From a virus (Duplodnaviria > Caudoviricetes), in the IMG/VR virus record IMGVR_UViG_3300028388_001810, positions 1-36,638 of that record: a DNA stretch of 36,638 nt. The stretch is one strand, 5' to 3'. The notes below the pieces were generated by a model that saw only the letters and a list, made by a program, of their open reading frames with translations, was not told where the DNA came from and did not search any database. A program made the translations under genes and the position numbers. This document shows positions 1-8,038 of the stretch, piece after piece (the first letter of the stretch is position 1; the number at the start of each line of letters is the position of its first letter).

Positions 1-228
1 GTCAGCGTTGAGTCTATCAGATGATCCCCAATAGTCTTTCCAGTCTGACTCTTTGTGTCCACGTCTTTTATTTTTTTTGCCTTTGAGTGGTGGTTTAGTA
101 GTTTTGAATTTGGCTAATTTTTTGCCTATGTACTTTTGCCCGTTTGTAAGATTGGTGATAAGATAAACAAATCCTTCATACTCGTCTGGTATTGTGTCAA
201 TTGTTTTTCCTTCATAAGTCCACTGCAT
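1..228 (-). CDS. GIY-YIG nuclease family protein (Seg-like), runs off the window start
   Basis: Absent from the ORF track. Manual translation from the ATG at 228 gives MQWTYEGKTIDTIPDEYEGFVYLITNLTNGQKYIGKKLAKFKTTKPPLKGKKNKRRGHKESDWKDYWGSSDRLNAD..., with GFVY...YIG and YWGSS motifs. The frame is open to the window edge. Confidence 0.8.
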   Translation of the reverse strand, partial: MQWTYEGKTIDTIPDEYEGFVYLITNLTNGQKYIGKKLAKFKTTKPPLKGKKNKRRGHKESDWKDYWGSSDRLNAD

Positions 229-233
229 GAACT

Positions 234-239
234 TACTTA
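234..239 (-). promoter_or_regulatory. Possible variant late promoter TAAGTA
   Basis: Minus strand reads GGTAAGTAagttcATG, one mismatch to TAAATA, 5 nt upstream of the GIY-YIG start. No clear SD. Confidence 0.4.
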
Positions 240-251
240 CCGATGCCTATC

Positions 252-449
252 TTAATTGCTGTCTATTTTGGTTTGATGCTTTTCGTGTATTTCTTCCATG
301 CGAGCCTTGGCAAGTTCTCTAATTTTTCTTAACCAGCGCCTTGCTTCTCTGTGTGTTCGCACAGAATTTCGAGCCTCAAATTTCTCGTTTGCCTTAAAAT
401 AAGCCATGTATGCCTTTGTTAACTGATCATGTGTATCGTCGTCTATCAT
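252..449 (-). CDS. Small charged helical protein, possibly Hc1/histone-H1-like helical hairpin
   Basis: 65 aa. Its ATG overlaps the gp46 stop (TAATG). The pattern 'EKFEARNSVRTHREARRWLRKIRELAKARMEEI' resembles small phage Hc1-like proteins. The function is inference. Confidence 0.6.
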   Translation of the reverse strand: MIDDDTHDQLTKAYMAYFKANEKFEARNSVRTHREARRWLRKIRELAKARMEEIHEKHQTKIDSN

Positions 450-2221
450 TACTCTACAATGTCTATGTCATTCGCGTATGACGTAAAGCCATTCTCCTTT
501 ACTACTTTCATAACGTGATTAACTCTGCCTACTAGTTCGTCTTTGTGCGAGATCAAGTAAACATTTTTATCACGTTCTCTGCCCATTTTCTTGAGCACAC
601 CTAGTGCATTTTCTACACCTGCACTGTCCATACCGCTATCAATAAGCTCATCAATAAACAGTAAGTTGATATTTTGATATAGACTTTCCCAAACATCTCT
701 AAATGCAAAGCTCATACCAAGTATAAGTCTATTACGCTCACCACGTGATAGATTATCAAAATCTAAATCTTGACCTAGTTGTGTAATTTCTACATTTAGA
801 TCATTCTGGAATACAACTTGATGTGGCAATCCTAGTTTGTCAAGGTAATATGTGAGTCTGTTATTCAAGTATGCAAGATTTTGATCGATAATTTTCTTGC
901 GAATAAAACTATCTTTGTTTGTTAGTAATTTTAACAAGAACTCTTGGTGATCCTTAAAACTTGTAAGGTTATTTACAGGCATCCAGTCAATATCCTGGAG
1001 TGCAGTATCAGTTAGATCGTTAATTTGTTCTTGATAAGGATCTGTCTCTTTTTCTTTTGTCTCTAGTGCTTGCTTCAAACTGTCAACATTTTGTCTATGC
1101 TCGTATGCTTCTTTTGCGGTTTCATAAAAAGTGTTGGGACGTCCGTTGATATTACCAATTTCTTCTAGCCCGTCGACAACATTTTTTAATTTACCACTTA
1201 CTTCTGTTTGATAGGCCAATGCATCGTTTAATTCTTTAGACTTTCGTGACAAGATTTCTTCTTTTTTGTCGTTATGAAGTGCTTGTCCACAGGTGTAACA
1301 AGTTGCATCGTCTAAATTTGCGATGTCTTTTTCTGCCTTTTCAACACTCTTGTCGGCACGTAGTAGTGCAGAGTCTAGTGTGCTTTTTTCTTTATTAAGA
1401 GCCACAATTGCTGCATTTAATTCATTCCAATTTTGCAGTTTTTCGTGTGCTTCTAGTTCTACATCAATGTCTAGTTCTTCTAGTTGTGCGATAGCACTTT
1501 GTAGTTTTTCACAATCTTGTTTTTGTTTTGATTGCCAAGCACGTTGTCTACCTTCAAGGGTGTTAATGCTTTCTTTAATTTTTTCGTTTGCAGTTTGTAT
1601 AGCATTAATTTTTGCAGTTTCTTCTGTAATTGCTTCTTTGGTTACACGGACTTGTTCTTTAAGTGCTTCTGCCTTTTCAGACAGAATTGTAATACCAAGT
1701 AACTGTTCAATGATAGCTCGTTGGTCGTTTACTCTCATTGAGAGAAAAGGCTCTGTGTAGGTATTCAGTGCTACAATATGTTTAAACATATCGTGACTCA
1801 TATCTAGTAGATCATTAATATATTCTTGTGTCTTACGTGAATCGCCTTGTGATTCGTCGATCATTTCTTGTTCTTGATCATTAATGTAAAACTTAAGAAT
1901 ATTTGGAGACCTACCTCGCTCGATACGATAGTCCTGTCCATCCTTTTCAAAGTGTAGGGTGACCAACATCCCCTTACCGTTAGTTTTATTGATAAGGTTA
2001 TTACGCTTGATGTTGGTCAGTGCTTGGCCGTACATAGCGTATGACAATGCATTAATAATTGTCGTTTTGCCTGTACCGTTGCGTGATCCTGAATCGTCAC
2101 CTCCTTGGTCTAAATTTTCACCAAGCACTAGAGTCAATTGTTCTCTATTAAAATCTACAGCCTGGGTTTGGTTGCCCACGCTCATAAAGTTTTTTACTGT
2201 AAGATCTTTAATGCGTATCAT
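449..2221 (-). CDS. gp46: Recombination endonuclease ATPase subunit (T4 gp46 / SbcC / Rad50-like)
   Basis: Walker A NGTGKTT, coiled coils, zinc hook CYTCG, signature LSRGE, Walker B LLFIDE, H-loop ISH. ATGA overlap with gp47. Confidence 0.95.
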   Translation of the reverse strand: MIRIKDLTVKNFMSVGNQTQAVDFNREQLTLVLGENLDQGGDDSGSRNGTGKTTIINALSYAMYGQALTNIKRNNLINKTNGKGMLVTLHFEKDGQDYRIERGRSPNILKFYINDQEQEMIDESQGDSRKTQEYINDLLDMSHDMFKHIVALNTYTEPFLSMRVNDQRAIIEQLLGITILSEKAEALKEQVRVTKEAITEETAKINAIQTANEKIKESINTLEGRQRAWQSKQKQDCEKLQSAIAQLEELDIDVELEAHEKLQNWNELNAAIVALNKEKSTLDSALLRADKSVEKAEKDIANLDDATCYTCGQALHNDKKEEILSRKSKELNDALAYQTEVSGKLKNVVDGLEEIGNINGRPNTFYETAKEAYEHRQNVDSLKQALETKEKETDPYQEQINDLTDTALQDIDWMPVNNLTSFKDHQEFLLKLLTNKDSFIRKKIIDQNLAYLNNRLTYYLDKLGLPHQVVFQNDLNVEITQLGQDLDFDNLSRGERNRLILGMSFAFRDVWESLYQNINLLFIDELIDSGMDSAGVENALGVLKKMGRERDKNVYLISHKDELVGRVNHVMKVVKENGFTSYANDIDIVE

Positions 2222-3192
2222 AGTTCGTTATAAATGTCCAATAGTGTTTTTTTATCGTAACTGTCTGTGTCGAGTGCTGAAATTTCACCTGCAACAATTT
2301 GATCTACACTTTCAAAGTGTTGAATATCTAATTGTGTTGTGATTTCTTCCATCTGTTTTTGTGGTATAAGACTAATTTCTCTACAATTATATTGTTTTAT
2401 AAAGGTTTCTTTGATAAACTGCGCTTCTTCATAACTAATAGGTTTGTCTATAGTAACACGCAGATACATCTTCGGCTTTATAATATCCTCTATGTTGTCT
2501 AGAAGATTGCTTAAAGTTACTGTTCTGTATTTTGGACAGTTCCACCAGTTGATATATTCAGGCTCTTTGTTGTTTTCGCGATCGAGGATCATCATCCCGC
2601 GCTGATCATCACCAGCATCTGCATAGTTGTGCGGAAATGCATTGCCGATATAGTGAATCTTGCCTTGCACTTGTCGCTTGTGAAAGTGTCCACTGAGATC
2701 GCCGTGGTCAGGCATTTGTACCATAGCATTCATGTAAAAGCTCGGAAGTTCAAAGTGACCAAACATATATTTGGCTTTAATCTTTTCAATCTTTTTCCAC
2801 TCATCCCCTACTAACCACGGAACAAGGCACACATCGTCTTCTTCATAGATGTCATCTACAAATGTAATACCTGGAATGTATCTAGCAAATGCTGTTGAGT
2901 TTACATCACGTTTGTCTTTGTAGTATAAATCGTGATTGCCGTCAAAAAAGTAAAATTTTTCAAATCCTGCACCTAGCTTTTCCATACTACGGATAGTAGC
3001 ATCCATAGTCGTAAGGTTAAGACTGTTACGATTATGGTGCCAATCACCGCAGAAAATACCCGTTTCGCAACCGTTTGCCTGTGCTTGTTCTATAAACCAA
3101 TCTACAAATTCTTCACAATCATCGTTGTGTACTTTACTGTTGCCTTTAAGTCCAAAATGGATGTCTGTAAACACCGCTGCTTTTTTAAACAA
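2218..3192 (-). CDS. gp47: Recombination endonuclease nuclease subunit (T4 gp47 / SbcD / Mre11-like)
   Basis: Metallophosphoesterase motifs DIHFG, GDWHH, GNHD, GHFE, SGHFH. TTG start with GAGGA upstream. Possible short internal deletion (see findings). Confidence 0.93.
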   Translation of the reverse strand: MFKKAAVFTDIHFGLKGNSKVHNDDCEEFVDWFIEQAQANGCETGIFCGDWHHNRNSLNLTTMDATIRSMEKLGAGFEKFYFFDGNHDLYYKDKRDVNSTAFARYIPGITFVDDIYEEDDVCLVPWLVGDEWKKIEKIKAKYMFGHFELPSFYMNAMVQMPDHGDLSGHFHKRQVQGKIHYIGNAFPHNYADAGDDQRGMMILDRENNKEPEYINWWNCPKYRTVTLSNLLDNIEDIIKPKMYLRVTIDKPISYEEAQFIKETFIKQYNCREISLIPQKQMEEITTQLDIQHFESVDQIVAGEISALDTDSYDKKTLLDIYNEL

Positions 3193-3219
3193 TTTTAAAT
3201 TCCTCTACTATGCTGTTCT

Positions 3220-3248
3220 ATAATAACAGTTTTTTTGACACCTGTCAA
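3220..3248 (-). promoter_or_regulatory. Sigma70-type promoter for gp47-gp46
   Basis: Minus strand TTGACA (3248-3243), 17-nt spacer, TATTAT (3225-3220). The -35 box overlaps the gp55 TGA stop. Confidence 0.75.
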
Positions 3249-4078
3249 CTATTTTTTTCACTAGATTCGTTTTCGCGTTTTTGTGCAGCTTCCCATTCGC
3301 CTGCATGCAATCTTGTATAACTTGGATTTAATCCGTTTTGCTCAAGTATGTCATCACGTATGTTTTGATTTCGTTTTTCGATGTTAATGACACGGACGAA
3401 ACTGTTAGTAACAGCAGCAGTGTAATAAGCAAAAGGATTTTGAGATTTTGATTCATCGAATTGTAGTCCTATTTGTGCCAGTTGTAGGATTGCCTGTCCT
3501 CGCATTTCGTCATTGTATGTGTAACCACGGACGTTACCACGAGTAGCATAACGATCACAAAGCTTCATCCACATAAGAGCAAGTTTGTCAGTTGCTTTTC
3601 CGTGATCTTTTGAAAAATGTCCATTTTCCATGCCTCCTTGCCAGTGACTTTTACCAACACAAATTAATTCATCGTCGTCGTTAAATTTATAATGTTGGAA
3701 AGGAGGAAAGTTTAGTTTAGTTTTAGTATCTGCTACAGTTTTAGGATTCTTTTTTCTTCCTGGTTCTTCAGGAATATGATCGAATGTCATAATTCTAAAA
3801 ATAAGATCTGTTTTTTCCATTTTTCTGTAGTCTATTTCGCATTCTGCTAATTTTATTTTTTCACCTGCAGATTTTCTGCGTTCAAAATCCTCATGCTGTA
3901 ATCTTTTTGCTTTGTTTCTTTTTGCTTCTGCAATTGTCCTAATGTTAATTTTATCAATACTAGGCAATATTATATCAAATTGATTATAGTCTTTTTCAAT
4001 ATAGCTGCAAAACGTATTTTTAGATCTGTGTATTTCCTTCAATATGTCTTTATTGTTCAGGTAGTTTGTTTTCCTCAT
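3245..4078 (-). CDS. gp55: Late-transcription sigma factor (T4 gp55-like)
   Basis: NYLNNKDIL N-terminus plus RGNVRGYTYNDEM and FDESKSQNPFAYYTAAVTNSFVRVINIEKR motifs typical of gp55. Adjacent to gp47/gp46 as in T4-like phages. Start moved to ATG 4078 because it has a GGAG SD and the track's 4117 start lies inside the promoter. Confidence 0.88.
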   Translation of the reverse strand: MRKTNYLNNKDILKEIHRSKNTFCSYIEKDYNQFDIILPSIDKINIRTIAEAKRNKAKRLQHEDFERRKSAGEKIKLAECEIDYRKMEKTDLIFRIMTFDHIPEEPGRKKNPKTVADTKTKLNFPPFQHYKFNDDDELICVGKSHWQGGMENGHFSKDHGKATDKLALMWMKLCDRYATRGNVRGYTYNDEMRGQAILQLAQIGLQFDESKSQNPFAYYTAAVTNSFVRVINIEKRNQNIRDDILEQNGLNPSYTRLHAGEWEAAQKRENESSEKNS

Positions 4079-4099
4079 AATCACTCCAAAGTTTTTACT

Positions 4100-4128
4100 A
4101 TTATAATATACGCACATTATTTTGTCAA
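4100..4128 (-). promoter_or_regulatory. Perfect-consensus sigma70 promoter for gp55
   Basis: Minus strand TTGACA (4128-4123), 17-nt spacer, TATAAT (4105-4100). Confidence 0.88.
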
Positions 4129-4129
4129 C

Positions 4130-4135
4130 TAAATA
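4130..4135 (+). promoter_or_regulatory. T4-like late promoter core TAAATA heading the structural operon
   Basis: CTAAATA directly upstream of the AAGGAG SD and ATG 4157. Matches the core of T4 TATAAATA. Confidence 0.7.
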
Positions 4136-4156
4136 ATGTATAAGGAGACTAATCTA

Positions 4157-5018
4157 ATGGCAGGATATGATGACGCTATATTAAGACAAGCAAGAGCTCA
4201 ACAAGCTTCTACTAGGTCACAACAACGAAATACAGTATCACCGCAACAATCAGTACAAAACTTTCTTGGTTCTGCTGCACAGTGGGGCGAAAGAATCGGC
4301 GATGCAGTAACAGATGTAGGAAAGCAAGTTGTAGGTGAAATTGCCAATGCAACAGGATTTGGACGCCTTTTACGTGCTGCTAATTTGCCATTGTTTGGCA
4401 TGCCAGGCGGAGCAAATTTTGCTGAAGGTGCTTGGGCAAGTCAAGATCCGGGCGATTGGCGTGTTAGATTAAGTATTCCTCCAAATTTTAATTTACCAGG
4501 TCCTTTAGGAACAAAACTAGCAGCTACTAACGGAATGATATTTCCTTATACACCACAGATTATTTTGTCTCATTCTGCCCAATATGGACAATTAAGACCT
4601 ACACATAGTAATTATCCTTTTCCAGTTTACCAGAGTAGTGCTGTTGATAATATTACTATAACAGGAGATTTTTTAATTGAGAACACAGACGAAGCACAAT
4701 ACTGGATAGCAGCAATTCATTATTTAAGAGCTGTAACAAAGATGGCATACGGAGAAACTAGTAATCAGGGCTCACCACCGCCCGTTGTTCGTTTGAATGG
4801 CTACGGAGATTTTGTGCTTAAAAATGTTCCAGTAGTAGTTACGCAATTTAACGTAGACATGCCAACTGATGTTGATTACTTGGACTTGGGTTCCTGTTAG
4901 AAGTCAGATTGCAATTCAGTGTATGCCTACCTACAGTAGAAGAGCAGTTCAATCATTTAGTCTTGACAGATTCATAGCAGGCGGATACGCAAATAGTAAC
5001 GGAGTAGGATTTATTTAA
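4157..5018 (+). CDS. Baseplate/tail-tube initiator-like protein (gp48/gp54-like), frameshifted near 4880
   Basis: AAGGAG SD before ATG 4157, and FPYTP, THSNY, GSPPPVVRLNGYG, NVPVVV motifs. The frame stops at TAG 4900, but the +1 frame continues WTWVPVRSQIAIQCMPTYSRRAVQSFSLDRFIAGGYANSNGVGFI to TAA 5016-5018, which overlaps the next ATG. Confidence 0.65.
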
Positions 5019-5320
5019 TGGCCGTTTACAATTCAAACAGTCCTTGGAATAAAACACGCACTGTAAATTCACAGTATCTAGATGTTTTAGCAATTAGACC
5101 AGTGCCTGCAGAATCAGATGATGTTCTGTATACTATCGAAGTTCAATACACTCATAGACCAGATCTTCTTGCCTATGACTTATACGGTGATAAAAATTTA
5201 TGGTGGGTATTTGCTCAAAGAAATATGGATATTATCAAAGATCCTGTATATGATATAGAAGCAGGCACACAAATATATCTACCAAAAGGTGAACAGTTAC
5301 AAAGGGTTTTAGGATTATAA
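5018..5320 (+). CDS. Baseplate wedge subunit, gp53-like (LysM-type)
   Basis: RPDLLAYDLYGDKNLWWVF...IKDP...GTQIYLP is the gp53/LysM-like signature. Position before the hub fits. Confidence 0.8.
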   Translation: MAVYNSNSPWNKTRTVNSQYLDVLAIRPVPAESDDVLYTIEVQYTHRPDLLAYDLYGDKNLWWVFAQRNMDIIKDPVYDIEAGTQIYLPKGEQLQRVLGL

Positions 5321-8035
5321 ATGGTTTTCGCTCCACAAAATTGGAAAGACAGATTAAGCGCAGCTGGTAGATCTATAGAAGAACGGGCACAAGGTGTTGC
5401 TCAAGGTCTTGCACAGCAAGCAGGTAATGTAGCAAATATCAGCGTAGATGGTGTAGCCAATGCAATTGAAGGAGCAGCTTCTGAACTTACAGGTGCAACT
5501 GTAGATTTGGGCAGTAGTTTAAACGGATTTACAGGAAAAAGCATCGGAGATACCGTTTCCGGATTAGCCAACGGTGTTGCCAACGGAATAAAAAACGAAT
5601 TAAGTAGCCAAATACAGAGCACACTTGGAGGTTTTTTAGGAGGCTTGTTCACTGGTGGACAACAAGGAAATTCATTAGACCAATTTGCTAGTTACAATTA
5701 CGAATTTACACTAGGCTGTTTGAATGCGTTTGAAGTAAATTTTCCTGATTTTACCTATAGAAATCGAGAACCTTTTGTTACAATATTAAGGAGCAGCGGA
5801 GGTCAAACTCGTGGTAGTAGAATAATATATGAAACTGGAGGTAAAACAGAATATTTTATCGACGATATAGAAATCGAATCAACAATCACACCCAATGGTG
5901 CAACTAGATTAACTAATGCAACTGGATTCAGTATGTCTATTACAGAGCCGTACAGCATGGGCAACTTTCTACAAGCTTTACAAGTAGCTGCACTGTCTTC
6001 AGGTCATAAAAATTATATAGAAGCTCCGTATTGTCTTATTGTCCAATTTAAAGGATGGGACGATTTTGGACGTCCTATTAACATACCTAATACACGCAGA
6101 GTGTGGCCTATAAAATTTAATCAAATTACTTTTGAAGTTACTGAAGGGGGTAGTGTATATAAGTGTAGAGGGACTCCGTATAATGAAATAGGATTTACGG
6201 ATCAAACACAAGGAACACACACAGATACACAATTCCAGGGCAGAAGTGTTGCAGAGATGCTTCAGTCTGGTGCCGAAAGTTTGACTACTATTTTAAACAA
6301 TAGAGAACTAGAAAAAGTAGAAGCAGGTCAAAAGCAAATAGGCAATCAATATGTCATTATGTTTCCTGTAGATGATAGTAGTGCCAGTGAAGCCCTCCTA
6401 ACCAGTCCAGAAAATAATGATGGAGCAACCACTGCAAGTTCAAATGCTGCCGGTAGCGAAGGCATGAGAGAACTTACTGATGAACAAAAGCAGAAGTTAT
6501 ACGAAAGTGTAACTGGAATACAAAATGGAGAAGTGCCTGCTGACTTTGATGCAGAGCTACAAAAAATATTAGGAGTTGTTGTAAGACGTTCTGAATATGG
6601 CGAGCAGATTAGAGATTATGCAGAAAAAGAAGAAAACATAAATGAAATAGGTCGCTCTCTTATGTGCAGAACTAATCTAGATGGCGGCACACAACCTATG
6701 GCAACTCCTAATTTAAGTGAAGATGAAGATCAACCAGGCAAAGTAAATCGCTGTCAAGTCAACAGAAGTCCCGATTTACGAGCTATGGCAGCAAGTCCCG
6801 GCAAAAAAGTACAAGATTTGATCGAACAAACAGTTTTAGCAAGTGAGTATGCAAGAAACGTTACTACAGCAGAGCCAGACGAAAACGGAATGGTGCCGTG
6901 GTTTAGGATTGAAGTGCAAACATATATTGTACCAGGAAGTGAACAAACTGACAAGTCAGGCGAACCTGCTAGAATTTTTGTATATCGTGTTGTGCCCTAT
7001 AAAGTCCATAGGAGTAATTTCCAATCACCTACGCAAGCAAGTCCCGGCGTACAAAATTTGATGAAACAAGCATCAAAAGAATACAATTACATCTACACAG
7101 GCAAAAACAAAGATATTATTGATTTTGATATTAGGTATGATCTTGCATTTTTTACTAGTATTGCAGGCGATGTGGGTCAATTAACAAGCAATAATAAACA
7201 AGGTGCTACCGGCGAAATGGCAGCAGGTAACAATAGAAACACTCCTGTAGTAGCAGACGGTAATACAGAATCACTTGCAAATGGTAGGACCAAAGAAGAA
7301 GTTCCAAAAAATAATAGATTAGATCTAGGCGGTATAAATCTTTTACCCGAAAATATTGTTGCTATGAATTTTAATGAAGCCCTAATAAACAGCAGTGTGG
7401 ATTTGATCAATGTTGACCTTACAATTCACGGTGATCCGTATTTTATTGCAGATAGCGGTATGGGAAATTACAATTCACCCGGATTAGGCGGTTTGATAAA
7501 TTTCTTGTCCGACGGCAGTATGAATTATCAACAAAGCGAAGTGCATATTTTAATAAATTTTAGGACACCTTTAGATTATGGCCCTGACGGATACATGGAG
7601 TTTCCTGGTTTAGGATCCGTACCTGTGAAACAATTTAGCGGATTATACAAAGTCTTGTTTTGTAGAAATAGTTTCAAAGGTGGAGAATTTACACAAACAC
7701 TAAATTTAATTAGAATTAGAAATCAAGATATAAATCCAGCAACTGCTGCTACACAGCAAGGACTTGCTGTTGGATTGGGTACTGGAGAAAACCAAATAGC
7801 AGAAGTGCCGAACGTAGAAAAAACAGGCGGCGGAGAGAGTCAAGGAGGAACAGGCGGACAATCAACAGCACAGTCTGCACCTACATCCACTGCTCCTTCT
7901 ACTACTAGTGCTCCGTTAAGTCCTGCGCAAGTTGCATTAAGAAGACAAGCAGCAGATTATGAAATAGATAGAAATCCATTACAAAATAGTAATGTACCAG
8001 AGCCGTGTTTACTTGGCTTTTTAAGTGGAGATTAA
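5321..8035 (+). CDS. Baseplate hub protein (gp27/GpD-like)
   Basis: 904 aa between gp53-like and gp5-like genes. KEYNYIYTGKN, LTIHGDPYF and FSGLYKV...SFKGGEFTQTLNLIR are hub-type C-terminal motifs. Confidence 0.7.
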   Translation: MVFAPQNWKDRLSAAGRSIEERAQGVAQGLAQQAGNVANISVDGVANAIEGAASELTGATVDLGSSLNGFTGKSIGDTVSGLANGVANGIKNELSSQIQSTLGGFLGGLFTGGQQGNSLDQFASYNYEFTLGCLNAFEVNFPDFTYRNREPFVTILRSSGGQTRGSRIIYETGGKTEYFIDDIEIESTITPNGATRLTNATGFSMSITEPYSMGNFLQALQVAALSSGHKNYIEAPYCLIVQFKGWDDFGRPINIPNTRRVWPIKFNQITFEVTEGGSVYKCRGTPYNEIGFTDQTQGTHTDTQFQGRSVAEMLQSGAESLTTILNNRELEKVEAGQKQIGNQYVIMFPVDDSSASEALLTSPENNDGATTASSNAAGSEGMRELTDEQKQKLYESVTGIQNGEVPADFDAELQKILGVVVRRSEYGEQIRDYAEKEENINEIGRSLMCRTNLDGGTQPMATPNLSEDEDQPGKVNRCQVNRSPDLRAMAASPGKKVQDLIEQTVLASEYARNVTTAEPDENGMVPWFRIEVQTYIVPGSEQTDKSGEPARIFVYRVVPYKVHRSNFQSPTQASPGVQNLMKQASKEYNYIYTGKNKDIIDFDIRYDLAFFTSIAGDVGQLTSNNKQGATGEMAAGNNRNTPVVADGNTESLANGRTKEEVPKNNRLDLGGINLLPENIVAMNFNEALINSSVDLINVDLTIHGDPYFIADSGMGNYNSPGLGGLINFLSDGSMNYQQSEVHILINFRTPLDYGPDGYMEFPGLGSVPVKQFSGLYKVLFCRNSFKGGEFTQTLNLIRIRNQDINPATAATQQGLAVGLGTGENQIAEVPNVEKTGGGESQGGTGGQSTAQSAPTSTAPSTTSAPLSPAQVALRRQAADYEIDRNPLQNSNVPEPCLLGFLSGD

Positions 8036-8038
8036 TAA

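Noticed and set aside
1-228. Mobile homing endonuclease or intron
   Set aside because: The gene is truncated and no interrupted host gene or intron structure is visible. It may be a core nuclease, so it was not called mobile.
4079-4156. Track starts at 4117 (minus) and 4136 (plus)
   Set aside because: Both fall inside or immediately beside promoter elements. The downstream ATGs at 4078 and 4157 have good SD sequences.
4898-4900. TAG readthrough or genetic-code reassignment
   Set aside because: The continuation lies in a different frame, and all other genes, including the 15-kb ORF, are intact in the standard code.
6791-7048. 12-bp direct repeat GCAAGTCCCGGC
   Set aside because: Only two copies, both coding ASPG in frame. 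Consistent with chance or codon preference.
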